From: an uncultured Candidatus Saccharibacteria bacterium
GTDB taxonomy: Bacteria > Patescibacteriota > Dojkabacteria > B142 > JAFGMG01
Length of the DNA: 60,083 nucleotides
Direction of reading: 5' to 3'
NCBI GenBank assembly: GCA_964391325.1
Contig: CAYMJM010000004.1
Coordinates: forward strand, 1 to 60,083
Shown: one piece after another, positions 38,099-47,483 of the stretch
Numbering within the stretch: position 1 is the stretch's first letter
Layout of the letters: each line of letters opens with the position of its first letter
Position numbers and translations under genes: made by a program
The notes under the pieces: generated by a model
Databases searched by the model: none
What the model was told of the DNA's origin: nothing
What the model saw: only the letters and a program-made list of their open reading frames with translations

Positions 38099-39166
38099 TT
38101 AACTGCCATGTTTGAAAATTATTATATCTCCATTCTGAACTATGTATTCTCGCCCCTCTAATCTTACTTTCCCTGCTTCCCTGGTTCCTTCCCATCCTTT
38201 GTAATACATAAAATCCTCGTAATTGACAACATCAGCTGCAATAAACTTCTCTTCAAAGTCCGAATGAATCACTCCCGCAGCTTCAGATGCATCATCTCCT
38301 TTGTAAATAGTCCAAGCACGAACTTCTTTTTCTCCCGCTGTAAAAAAAGAAGTCAGGCCTAAATACTCATAGGCTATTTGAATCAACCTTTCTAAATCTA
38401 TTGAATTAACACCTAATTCAAGAATATACTCCTTTCTCTCTTCTTCACTCAAACTCAGCAACTCTTCCTCCAATTTCAAGTCAATTGAAAGATATTCCCG
38501 TCCTTTTAAGTAATTGCTCAACTCTGGACTTACAGCTCTATTAGTATTTATCAAATAAATAATCTTTTTATCAGTCAATAAGGAAAGTGCTTTACGACGA
38601 GCAGGAAAGTCTTTATTCCAATCAAAGCGCATCGCAAGCTTCTGTGCTTCAAGATGCGTTTTTAATTCAATTAGTATATCCAGCCATTTTTTCTCTTTTT
38701 CGTCTGTCCGGGAGGCCTTGTTTTGCTTATTTATCGCACCTATCACTGTATCAATGTCTTTGAAGATCAGCTCCATTTCAATAGTCTCAATATCTGAGAC
38801 AGGGTCGACCTTATTGCTTACATGGGTTATGTTTGGATTATCAAAATCTCTTACAACCTCCACTATTAAGGAGACTTCCCTAATATTAGCTAAAAACTGA
38901 TTACCTAAACCTTCGCCTTTATGAGCTCCTGCTACAAGTCCGGCAATATCTACAAACTCTACTACAGCAGGTATTATTTGCTTAGGTTTTACTATTGCAG
39001 CTATCCTATCCAACCTCTCATCTTTTACCCTTACTATACCTACATTTGGGTCAATAGTACAAAAAGGGTAATTTTGTGCAGCCACTTGTGATTTTGTTAG
39101 TAAATTGAACAAAGTCGACTTTCCCACATTCGGTAAGCCAACTATTCCTACTTGCAGATTCGCCAT
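38099..39166 (-). CDS. ychF: Redox-regulated ATPase YchF (Obg family)
   Basis: GIVGLPNVGKSTLFN, NYPFCTIDPN, DIAGLV..GEGLGNQFL, FFTAGEKEVRAW, AGVIHSDF, EGREYIVQNGD. Confidence 0.98.
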   Translation of the reverse strand: MANLQVGIVGLPNVGKSTLFNLLTKSQVAAQNYPFCTIDPNVGIVRVKDERLDRIAAIVKPKQIIPAVVEFVDIAGLVAGAHKGEGLGNQFLANIREVSLIVEVVRDFDNPNITHVSNKVDPVSDIETIEMELIFKDIDTVIGAINKQNKASRTDEKEKKWLDILIELKTHLEAQKLAMRFDWNKDFPARRKALSLLTDKKIIYLINTNRAVSPELSNYLKGREYLSIDLKLEEELLSLSEEERKEYILELGVNSIDLERLIQIAYEYLGLTSFFTAGEKEVRAWTIYKGDDASEAAGVIHSDFEEKFIAADVVNYEDFMYYKGWEGTREAGKVRLEGREYIVQNGDIIIFKHGS

Positions 39167-39192
39167 AACTAATCAAATTGATCCAATTAAGA

Positions 39193-39201
39193 ATTATAAC
39201 A
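39193..39201 (-). promoter_or_regulatory. Extended -10 promoter (TGTTATAAT) of ychF
   Basis: Perfect TGnTATAAT about 26 nt before the ATG. Confidence 0.6.
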
Positions 39202-39249
39202 TATAGATATAGCTCAAAAATCTTGAAATTAATTATACGTTTTTGTTAT

Positions 39250-40755
39250 CTATTCAGCCCAGCCAAAAATTTCTTCCTGATCTATGACTTTTCTTCCTAA
39301 TGCAAGCCTTACATCAGATGTAGCATATAAGGTAACTAGAGTCTCTCCAGCCTGCACTTGCTGTCCCTGCTTTACATGGAAATAGAGACCGGCTTCTTTA
39401 ATACGAGGGTTGCCTAAGGCTTTAGCAACTTCAAAAATTTTTTGATTATTCACGCTATCTAGTATGCCAGATTTTTTAGATTTAAACTCATATGTGATTC
39501 CACCAAGCTCAAGGCTACTGGATCCGACCTCAGGATCTCCACCCTGTGCTTTAATAATTTGCCTCAACTTGATCTCAGCCTTCCCTGATAATAGCGTCTC
39601 TTGAGCTAACTTGAACCCCTGTCCCTCAGCAGCCTTCCCTAGAAGTTCTAATAAATCTCCAGCCATAGCAACAGCATCATGCTCTAACTGCAAGGATCTA
39701 TCTTCTACCTGTTCATAAACTTTTAAGAATTCCTTACACTCAAGGCTTGGACCGACAGCATTTCCATCAAGCCACTTAATATCTCTTCTGTGTACTCTTA
39801 CATTAATCCCAAATTTTGCACCAATGCTTTCAAACATAGTCTTTACCTCATCAAAATGCTCAACATCTATCTTAGCTCCCTTTCCTACAGGCACATCAAA
39901 AATTACATGATTAACTCCTTGGGCTATTTTTTTAGCTAAGATACTGGACACAAACTTGTCTATAGACTCGATTCCAAGGAATTTCTGAATTTTTATGATA
40001 GCATCATCGGCAGGTGCTAAATCAAGTCCCCCCCCCCAGACCATAAAAGCGCCAATCTCATCTATCATCTGCTCGAGTTGTCTTCTTTCGAAAGTCATAG
40101 GCATTATAACCTCTAACATGTCTGTGGTAGCACTCGCACTTGTAACGGCTCGTGTTGATGTATTAGGCACTATAGTGTCATTTGCCGCGATTATAGGTAC
40201 AATTAAAGGAGTAATCCCTTTTCCAGCAACTCCGCCTATTGAGTGCTTATCTGCCACTTGTCCCTTAAACTTCAACACATCTCCGGTCATAGCCAGAGCT
40301 TTAGTCATAAGCAAAATCTCCTCTCTGTTGAATCCAGGTGAATAACCACTAGCAATAAAAAATGATGTCAAGATATCACTTAGCCTACCGTTTGCAATAT
40401 CCCTCATTATAGAATAGAAATCCTGGTAGTTTAATTCCTCTCCCAATAACTTCTTCCTAATTGAAACCAGAGCCTCTGATTTATCCATCAAAGTAATGGT
40501 AACCACATCCTTCTCTTTCAAATCATACTTCTGCCATATATCCTGATATACTCCTATTTCTCCTTCTCCAATTAATGTCTGACTTGTATCAATAGTAACA
40601 ATCAGGGGATTTTCTAACCCATTCCAGGTGATTTCCACCCTATCCCCTGCATTGACACCAATACCATATTGTTGCGCATCAAACTCATTGATTAAGCAGA
40701 TCAATTCATCTCCAGAATTAATATCCAGTTTCTTTGCTGATAAATAGAATTTCAT
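39250..40755 (-). CDS. deoA: AMP phosphorylase (archaeal-type DeoA / thymidine phosphorylase family)
   Basis: ~500 aa with extra N-terminal beta-barrel domain; DKHSIGGV, TSTRAVTSAS..DMLEV, LAPADD, ILAKKIAQG, DVPVGKGAK. Confidence 0.92.
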   Translation of the reverse strand: MKFYLSAKKLDINSGDELICLINEFDAQQYGIGVNAGDRVEITWNGLENPLIVTIDTSQTLIGEGEIGVYQDIWQKYDLKEKDVVTITLMDKSEALVSIRKKLLGEELNYQDFYSIMRDIANGRLSDILTSFFIASGYSPGFNREEILLMTKALAMTGDVLKFKGQVADKHSIGGVAGKGITPLIVPIIAANDTIVPNTSTRAVTSASATTDMLEVIMPMTFERRQLEQMIDEIGAFMVWGGGLDLAPADDAIIKIQKFLGIESIDKFVSSILAKKIAQGVNHVIFDVPVGKGAKIDVEHFDEVKTMFESIGAKFGINVRVHRRDIKWLDGNAVGPSLECKEFLKVYEQVEDRSLQLEHDAVAMAGDLLELLGKAAEGQGFKLAQETLLSGKAEIKLRQIIKAQGGDPEVGSSSLELGGITYEFKSKKSGILDSVNNQKIFEVAKALGNPRIKEAGLYFHVKQGQQVQAGETLVTLYATSDVRLALGRKVIDQEEIFGWAE

Positions 40756-40773
40756 AAATTCACTTCTAATAAA

Positions 40774-41679
40774 TTATATCCAAGGGTATATTTCCTTGGC
40801 TTTGCTCGTCAGCTCAGAAGCTTGTAATAATCCTGCCTCAGTGATATAGCCACTTACGAAATTAGAGGGAATTAGCTCAAATGAAGGATTTATAATCTTC
40901 AAACTATCAGGAGCTTCTGGCCATACTTCTTCTGCTGGCCTCATCTCTATAACTGGATCTTCAATCTGTCTGTGAAAATCCATCTTTAATAAGCTAGCTA
41001 ATACAAAAAACTTGTCCCTGTCTTCTTTAGCTGCTAATGCCAATTGATAGCTGCCCACTTTATTAATACACCTTCCGTCAGCGAGAACCTCATCAGCCCC
41101 AATTATAACAACCTCTATCGGGAGATACTTGTCTTCCACTATAAAGTAGGCACCCAGAGAGTCAACTATTTGTGTTACGTCTACTCCTACCTCTAACAGC
41201 TTTGCTGCCGTTTTTCTACCCTGAAATAGTGGTCTTGTCTCTGTGGCTATAACTTTTAAGCGCGGATTTACATTAAAAACTTCAATAATCGCGCTGTTTG
41301 CCGTTGAAGAGTGACAATGAGTAAATATAGTATTATATTGCATCAATACCTCAACTGCGTGTCGTTTTATACTTTGCTTGGATTGCTCGATAATATGCTT
41401 AAATTCTGCTATTCCAGCTCTTGCTTGCTCTATAGCGTTGTTATCTGATGCGTTTTTTAGTTTTTCTAATACATATCTAACAGCATTACGAGCTAAAGGC
41501 TCATTTTTCCTAGCAGTACTAAGCCTGACTCCAACTAATTCTATTTTCTCCAATACTCCAGGACCTCCCTGATCTACAGTCAATTGCATCCCCTCCAAAG
41601 TTGCAAGAGCTACATTAGTTGCTCCTTGTACATTTACAGCCTTAATGTCCGCATAAAGCTTATCTATTTGGTCTTGCAT
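40774..41679 (-). CDS. Ribose-1,5-bisphosphate isomerase (eIF-2B/MtnA superfamily)
   Basis: VQGA, THCHS (catalytic Cys), ETRPLFQG, IIGAD (catalytic Asp), NKVGS, NPSFE; adjacent to AMP phosphorylase. Confidence 0.88.
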   Translation of the reverse strand: MQDQIDKLYADIKAVNVQGATNVALATLEGMQLTVDQGGPGVLEKIELVGVRLSTARKNEPLARNAVRYVLEKLKNASDNNAIEQARAGIAEFKHIIEQSKQSIKRHAVEVLMQYNTIFTHCHSSTANSAIIEVFNVNPRLKVIATETRPLFQGRKTAAKLLEVGVDVTQIVDSLGAYFIVEDKYLPIEVVIIGADEVLADGRCINKVGSYQLALAAKEDRDKFFVLASLLKMDFHRQIEDPVIEMRPAEEVWPEAPDSLKIINPSFELIPSNFVSGYITEAGLLQASELTSKAKEIYPWI

Positions 41680-41744
41680 TTTAATAAACTTAATACTTAA
41701 ATAGAGTGTAAATTAGTTTAAAGGTATTTGCTTAAAAACTCAAA

Positions 41745-43085
41745 CTACTCAAGAAGAACTTCTTCTTTCCACTCCGGAGCATAAAAATCAATTTTTTTCT
41801 GTTCATGAGAAATCAAGTTTTCTATCCTCTCCGGCTCTGCATGAACTAGAAATACCTTTTTCAGTTTAGTCTCATCAAATCTATGCAGCCACACATCCAA
41901 ATCTGCCTGATCTCCATGTGCAGACAATCCATAGTACTCATTTATTTGAGCTCTTACTGGAACGTTTTTGTTATCTATAACAACTTTTGTTGGGCCTTGA
42001 ATCAATGTTCTCCCGAGTGTTTTTTCTGCCTGAAAACCTACGATAAATACTGAATTTCGGCTATCGGGTAGACCTCGTCTTAAATGATTTACTACTCTTC
42101 CTCCATCCGCCATACCACTACCAGCAATAATGATAGCTGATGCACTCGTTCCCAAAACGCGCCGAGAGTTCCTTACAAAACGAAGCTCATCGAATTCAAA
42201 AAGCTCTTTTCCTACTATATTATACTTAAAAATTGAATGTGAATATTCTGAAGTAATTTCTGAAGCAAGTGGACTATCTAAAAAAACCTTAACTCTCCTG
42301 TTAATAAGGTTATCTTTATAAGCATTTTTTAAAATGTTCAAAATTTCTTGAGTCCTTTGCAATGCAAAAGCAGGAATAATAACATTTCCGTTTCTATTCA
42401 GTGTAATATTTATGTCTTGTATCATCTTTTTTATCATTTGTTCGCGATCTTCATGATATTTTCCTCCATAAAGAGATTCCATTACGATATAATCTACTTC
42501 TTTGGGTTGATTCTCAAACCCTTCCAGGAATGGGTGATCTAACCTTCCAATGTCTCCAGAAAAGAAAACTGTCGTTCCTTCAACAATTACACTTACGCTA
42601 GCAGCCCCTAATACATGCCCAACTTTTTCGAAATGCATCCTGACACCATTACTTTTAAACTCCTGCAAATAATCATAAGTTTCAAATAAGTTGAAGGCTT
42701 CCATAGCATCACTTGTATCATAAAGTGGCTGTAGTAGTTGTTTGAAGAGCTTTTTATTCCGTTTTAATTGCAATTCCTGGATTTTAGCTGCATCCAATAA
42801 CAAATGATAAGCTATCTTGGCTGTTGCAGGAGTCATATATATAGGACCCTGAAATCCCTTTGCAATCAACTTAGGAACCAAACCTATGTGGTCAATGTGT
42901 GCATGAGTTAAAATCACAAAATCAAGTGTTGTAGGGTCAAATTCAAAGTCTAGATAATTACGATCTTCAACATCTGCTCCCTGAAACATACCACAATCAA
43001 CAAGAAACCTTGTATTGTCTGCCATAACTAGATAAGAAGAGCCAGTAACTGTTTTAGCAGCTCCTAGGAACTTAATTCGCACCAT
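41745..43085 (-). CDS. MBL-fold beta-CASP ribonuclease
   Basis: GAAKTVTGS, VDCGMFQG, THAHIDHIG, GHVLG, FSGDIG, MESLYG, AGSGMADGGR, VGFQAEKTLGR, LSAHGD. Confidence 0.95.
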   Translation of the reverse strand: MVRIKFLGAAKTVTGSSYLVMADNTRFLVDCGMFQGADVEDRNYLDFEFDPTTLDFVILTHAHIDHIGLVPKLIAKGFQGPIYMTPATAKIAYHLLLDAAKIQELQLKRNKKLFKQLLQPLYDTSDAMEAFNLFETYDYLQEFKSNGVRMHFEKVGHVLGAASVSVIVEGTTVFFSGDIGRLDHPFLEGFENQPKEVDYIVMESLYGGKYHEDREQMIKKMIQDINITLNRNGNVIIPAFALQRTQEILNILKNAYKDNLINRRVKVFLDSPLASEITSEYSHSIFKYNIVGKELFEFDELRFVRNSRRVLGTSASAIIIAGSGMADGGRVVNHLRRGLPDSRNSVFIVGFQAEKTLGRTLIQGPTKVVIDNKNVPVRAQINEYYGLSAHGDQADLDVWLHRFDETKLKKVFLVHAEPERIENLISHEQKKIDFYAPEWKEEVLLE

Positions 43086-43103
43086 TTATGAGGAATGTAA
43101 TAA

Positions 43104-44606
43104 TTATAAGTATTTTGTTGCTCTTTGCAGCAACGTCCCTTTAGTATTTAAACTTGGATCCTCTATCACATCATCAAGTAATTTCGTCAAAATCTCCCCG
43201 ATCTTAGGTCCTTTCTCTACTCCTATCTCCATTAGATCATGTCCCGTGATATTTAAGTCTTGAATTTTCAAAGCAGCATCTTCTTCAAAAATCTTGGATA
43301 TTCTACGTTGTAATGCCTCAATCTCTACAGGGGTAAAAGTAGATTTAGGATTTGCAGTTGCGTCGGCAATACGTAACTTTATCAGATCATTAATATTGTC
43401 AACTCCACCTACTTTTGATATAAACCTACGGATTGCAGCATCAGACCAGCCTCCAATTGTTCTGTTTTGTTCGTCATTTTCTAATTTTTCCAAGTCTTTC
43501 TCCGTAAACACATACTGATGTATATTATCTACCTGTGCTTTGCGCCAGTCCGCAGAAGGATAATAAAACATGTGATACCTTACTAAAGTCACTGTATGCT
43601 CGATATCTTTATTTGAATATCTTAGCCTTCTTAATATTTCCTCTGTCATCTCAGCACTGACGATATCATGCTGAAAAAAATGACTGCCTGCTTCATCCTT
43701 GCTTAAAGTACGTGGTTTACCGATATCATGAAACAAAGCTGCAAGTTTAATTTCATCCTGTGCCAAGTCTAAGGTTTTGAGCAAATGAGTATAAACATCA
43801 TCAGTATGAAATTCTGGCTGTGTTACTCCTATACATTCGATCAGCTCTGGAATAAACAGCTTTAAAATTCCAGAGTCTTTTAACAAATTTATTCCATAAG
43901 AAGGCTTAGCAGATCCATATATTAGTTTGCTAAATTCATCACGAAACCTTTCTATAGAGATGTTTTGAACTACCGATAACATGCTAGAAATCGAGGCGAA
44001 GGTGTCAGACTCTATCTTAAAGCCAAGCTGGCTCGCAAGCCTACATGCCCGTACCGGTCTCAAACCATCCTCTTGAAAACGCTCTTTGGCATCTCCCACC
44101 GCCCGAATTAGCTTCGACTCCAGATCTTCTACCCCATTAAACAAGTCCACCAGAACTTCGTCTAAAATCGCATCGGTCTTGTTTAGCAAATCAAGATTAA
44201 CTGCAAGGGCATTTATAGTAAAATCACGCCTCTTCAAGTCATCTTCTATACGTTTAGCAAATTCAACTTTTGCTGGCCATCTACCGCCATAATAATCACT
44301 TTCAGAACGATAGGTGGTAACTTCTACGTTATACCTCTCCCCATGATCATCATCCATAATTACCACAATGGTGCCAAATTTGGCACCAGTAGCTATAGTC
44401 CTTTGAAACAACTCCTGTATTTCTTCAGGATAGGCGTTTGTAGCTATATCAAAATCTTTAGGAGTATTTACTAAAAGCAGGTCACGCACTGAACCCCCTA
44501 CGAGATATGCCTCATAACCATTAGATATTAAAATATCACCGACTCTCTTTACATAAAGGGGGATATGGTCTCTTAAGTATGATAAATTCTTATTTTTAGC
44601 ACTCAT
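43104..44606 (-). CDS. cca: CCA tRNA nucleotidyltransferase with HD domain
   Basis: AYLVGGSVRD, DFDIAT, EVTTYRSE, DLKRRDFTINA, RFQEDGLR, LFHDIGKP, HDIVSA. Confidence 0.95.
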   Translation of the reverse strand: MSAKNKNLSYLRDHIPLYVKRVGDILISNGYEAYLVGGSVRDLLLVNTPKDFDIATNAYPEEIQELFQRTIATGAKFGTIVVIMDDDHGERYNVEVTTYRSESDYYGGRWPAKVEFAKRIEDDLKRRDFTINALAVNLDLLNKTDAILDEVLVDLFNGVEDLESKLIRAVGDAKERFQEDGLRPVRACRLASQLGFKIESDTFASISSMLSVVQNISIERFRDEFSKLIYGSAKPSYGINLLKDSGILKLFIPELIECIGVTQPEFHTDDVYTHLLKTLDLAQDEIKLAALFHDIGKPRTLSKDEAGSHFFQHDIVSAEMTEEILRRLRYSNKDIEHTVTLVRYHMFYYPSADWRKAQVDNIHQYVFTEKDLEKLENDEQNRTIGGWSDAAIRRFISKVGGVDNINDLIKLRIADATANPKSTFTPVEIEALQRRISKIFEEDAALKIQDLNITGHDLMEIGVEKGPKIGEILTKLLDDVIEDPSLNTKGTLLQRATKYL

Positions 44607-44624
44607 TATTTATATATGCTAAAA

Positions 44625-45230
44625 TTACAATTTTTTCCTGCCCTCCAAGGCTTTTTGAATTGTTGTATCATCTGTATAATCAATATCTGCTCCCATAGCT
44701 AAACCTTGCGCTAATCTGGTAATATCAAGATCTATATCTATCTTTTTGACTTCATTCTGTATATATAAAGCCGTAGCCTCACCTTCCATATTAGGGTTGG
44801 TCGCTACAATCAACTCGCTTATAGTCTGGCTAGTTATCCTGTCTAGTAACTCTTTGATACGAATTTCCTCAGGCCCTATGCCGTTTATTGGAGATATAAT
44901 ACCTCCTAACACATGATATAGCCCTTGATAGAAACCAGTATTCTCTATAGCAACAAGATCTAGCGCATCCTCTACTACTAGAATCTTAGATCTATCTCTC
45001 TCTTCATTCTGGCAGATGTAACATTCTTTCTCATCAGATAAATTATAGCATTGGCTACACGTCTTGATTCCTCTTTTAGCACCAACAAGTGTATCAGCTA
45101 AAGCTAAGCTTAATTCTTCAGGAGCTTTTTGTAAATAGAATACAATTCTGGCAGCTGACTTTGGTCCAATACCAGGCAGCAGTGAGAACGATTCAATTAA
45201 ATCCTCTATCTTTTGAGGCAGAATATTCAT
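44625..45230 (-). CDS. recR: Recombination mediator RecR
   Basis: LPGIGPKSA (HhH), C4 Zn finger CSQC..CYIC, YHVLGG, NPNMEGEATA. Confidence 0.98.
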   Translation of the reverse strand: MNILPQKIEDLIESFSLLPGIGPKSAARIVFYLQKAPEELSLALADTLVGAKRGIKTCSQCYNLSDEKECYICQNEERDRSKILVVEDALDLVAIENTGFYQGLYHVLGGIISPINGIGPEEIRIKELLDRITSQTISELIVATNPNMEGEATALYIQNEVKKIDIDLDITRLAQGLAMGADIDYTDDTTIQKALEGRKKL

Positions 45231-45234
45231 TAAC

Positions 45235-45534
45235 TTAGATTCCTAACATAGATTTCATCTGATCTAAATCCATATCCTGGGCCATTTGCTTTTGCACCTT
45301 TTTAGACGCCTCCTTATACGCTTCTTTCAAACCTTTTACGAGATCAACCTTTCTGGCAGGATTTAAGAGCTCTTCTGCGATTACAATATCCTCTATCTCC
45401 TGAATACCATTGATTATAACTTTAATGTCTTCATTTTTAGAAATGCCTTCTACGCTCATTTTTTTCATTTGCTTTTGCATTTTACGAGCTTCTTTTTGTA
45501 GTTTGTAAAGCTCTTTCATCTGATTAAATGCCAT
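45235..45534 (-). CDS. ybaB: YbaB/EbfC nucleoid-associated protein
   Basis: QKEARKMQKQM..VEG..KVIING; located between dnaX and recR. Confidence 0.92.
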   Translation of the reverse strand: MAFNQMKELYKLQKEARKMQKQMKKMSVEGISKNEDIKVIINGIQEIEDIVIAEELLNPARKVDLVKGLKEAYKEASKKVQKQMAQDMDLDQMKSMLGI

Positions 45535-45662
45535 AATTTAATATTTAATAACTAAATTGAGTAATTAATACGAGTCACAAATTAATTAGTTTAAATTCGG
45601 AGCTCGAACTGACACTAGTACTAAAATATCTAACGGAACACTTAATTCGTAATTCACATTAA

Positions 45663-47174
45663 TTATATATCACTAAAGATTTCTTCTACCAGATCTTCGT
45701 TCGACACCTCAGAAAGACCATTGTTTTGCCCTCTACTTTTAATCAAAGCAGGATTTACCTCACATTCGATCTTGAGGTCAGCACCGAATTCCTTTATAAA
45801 AATTTCTTTAAGAACTTTCTTGCTTTTTGATGACTCTATCTTTTGCTTGTGGAACTTATAAGCAACTTCTAGAGCAATCACATTGCTTTTAACTTCCTTT
45901 ATCCTTGAAGCTGCAATAAATGCATATAAATTATGATTGAATGATTTTACCCCTACTACCACTTCCGGCCATTTAGAATTTAACTCTTCTATAGTAACCT
46001 GCTTTTCTCCAGTGGTATCAAGCAGATGCATATCCTTTGAAGCTAGAGTTGTAATATCAATTTCATCCTTAATCACTTTATTATTCTCTTCACTTTTGGG
46101 TACTTGCTTCTCCTTAGCTTTTATTGGTGTATTGTGTACAGTACCTGTATCTAAATTATAGACAGCTATTTCTATAGGAAGAGACGGAATTGTTGCGTCT
46201 TTTAATTTATTAGAGGCTTCTGATAGCTGCGAAATAACTAAAACCAGTCTTCGGAGATTATAATTTCCTTTTTTATTATAATACATCTTTACTCTGTCTC
46301 TCAGCTCATACAAAGATTGATTTATAAGTTGATCTATAGCATAGCCCTGCTGTGCGATATCTTCAATTAATTCAATTGATTTTCTGGAATCACCGACAAT
46401 TAGGCAATCCACAAACTCCTTTACAAAATCGGAAGATACCAGACCAAGAGCTTCATCTACATCTTCCAGACTTATTGTTTTGTCTTTTTTAATTTCTGTA
46501 TTTAGTAGCTTTGCGAACAGACTTTCACTATCGCGAAAGCTACCTCCACTCAACTGGAACAGTTTATCAATTGCTTCATCAGTAATGGTGACCCCTTCAT
46601 TCTGCGAAATCGATTTTAATTTTTGGGTCAGCTCGGTTTTATTTGCTAACTTAAGATCAAAGCGTTGCACCCTTGATAGGATCGTTGCAGGAATCTTGTG
46701 TGGCTCCGTAGTTGCCATAATAAAGACAACATACTCAGGAGGCTCCTCCAATGTCTTCAAAAGAGCGTTAAAAGCTTCTTTTGTTAACATGTGAACTTCA
46801 TCGATTATGTAAACTTTCTTATTACCCTCTGCGGGGGCAAAATTTACTTTCTCTTTAAGCATACGAATCTCATCTATCCCTCTATTGGAAGCGGCATCTA
46901 TTTCGATGAGATCTATATAGCGTGATTTCTGGATTGCTAAACAAACTTCACATGTACCACAAGCATCCCCTTCTTTAGGATTTAAGCAATTCACTGCTTT
47001 AGCGATAAGTCGGGCAATACTTGTCTTCCCGGTACCTCTGGGGCCTGTAAGAAGATAAGCATGCCCAAGACTGTTACGCTTTAAAGTACTAAGCAACACC
47101 CTCTTAACTAAATCCTGTCCAACTACCTCGTGGAAAGTATTCGGCCTATATTTTTGGTAAATAGCAGTACTCAT
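45663..47174 (-). CDS. dnaX: DNA polymerase III subunit gamma/tau
   Basis: KYRPNTF, GPRGTGKTS, CGTCEVC, EIDAASNRG, IIDEVHML, LLKTLEEPP, TILSR. Confidence 0.98.
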   Translation of the reverse strand: MSTAIYQKYRPNTFHEVVGQDLVKRVLLSTLKRNSLGHAYLLTGPRGTGKTSIARLIAKAVNCLNPKEGDACGTCEVCLAIQKSRYIDLIEIDAASNRGIDEIRMLKEKVNFAPAEGNKKVYIIDEVHMLTKEAFNALLKTLEEPPEYVVFIMATTEPHKIPATILSRVQRFDLKLANKTELTQKLKSISQNEGVTITDEAIDKLFQLSGGSFRDSESLFAKLLNTEIKKDKTISLEDVDEALGLVSSDFVKEFVDCLIVGDSRKSIELIEDIAQQGYAIDQLINQSLYELRDRVKMYYNKKGNYNLRRLVLVISQLSEASNKLKDATIPSLPIEIAVYNLDTGTVHNTPIKAKEKQVPKSEENNKVIKDEIDITTLASKDMHLLDTTGEKQVTIEELNSKWPEVVVGVKSFNHNLYAFIAASRIKEVKSNVIALEVAYKFHKQKIESSKSKKVLKEIFIKEFGADLKIECEVNPALIKSRGQNNGLSEVSNEDLVEEIFSDI

Positions 47175-47201
47175 GTGCAAAAAATAGCTACTAAAACGAG
47201 T

Positions 47202-47420
47202 TTAAATTCCCTTTCCCTTTAGTCTCCTTTGTCTAGCAGCGCTACTTCTCCTTTTTTTCTGCTTAGCATATTCCTTCTTCACCTCATGTCGCTTTTCAGA
47301 AGGTTTGATTCTATATCGGTTCTTCTCATATTCTTCCGGTATATTCTCTCTGATAGCTTCACGCCATAACATCCTTAAAGCCTGATCTATCGGCATATCA
47401 TCATGTACTATTACTGACAT
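47202..47420 (-). CDS. rpsU: 30S ribosomal protein bS21
   Basis: IDQALRML..YRIKPSEKR, basic C-terminal helix, 72 aa. Confidence 0.9.
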   Translation of the reverse strand: MSVIVHDDMPIDQALRMLWREAIRENIPEEYEKNRYRIKPSEKRHEVKKEYAKQKKRRSSAARQRRLKGKGI

Positions 47421-47426
47421 TACTAA

Positions 47427-47435
47427 ATCACCTCC
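47427..47435 (-). promoter_or_regulatory. Strong Shine-Dalgarno sequence GGAGGTGAT of rpsU
   Basis: 9-nt perfect complement of the canonical 16S 3' end, 6 nt before ATG 47420. Confidence 0.85.
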
Positions 47436-47464
47436 CCTAAATATTTTGTAAGTAAATTCAAAGG

Positions 47465-47473
47465 ATTATAACA
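47465..47473 (-). promoter_or_regulatory. Extended -10 promoter (TGTTATAAT) of rpsU
   Basis: Perfect TGnTATAAT 44 nt before the ATG. Confidence 0.65.
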
Positions 47474-47483
47474 GAAACTTAAG

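Noticed and set aside
40774-41679. Annotation as MtnA or true eIF-2B
   Set aside because: THCHS and adjacency to AMP phosphorylase favour R15P isomerase; no methionine-salvage genes are nearby. Phylogeny would be decisive.
45535-45662. Structured RNA or repeat in the dnaX-ybaB spacer (TTCG-GAGCT-CGAA, AATTCGTAATT)
   Set aside because: Only a 4-bp stem and short AT-rich words, expected by chance at this composition.
45663-47174. E. coli-type -1 frameshift producing a gamma subunit
   Set aside because: No A-AAA-AAG slippery site after domain III. The A-run at 46484-46490 is in the wrong phase and too early.
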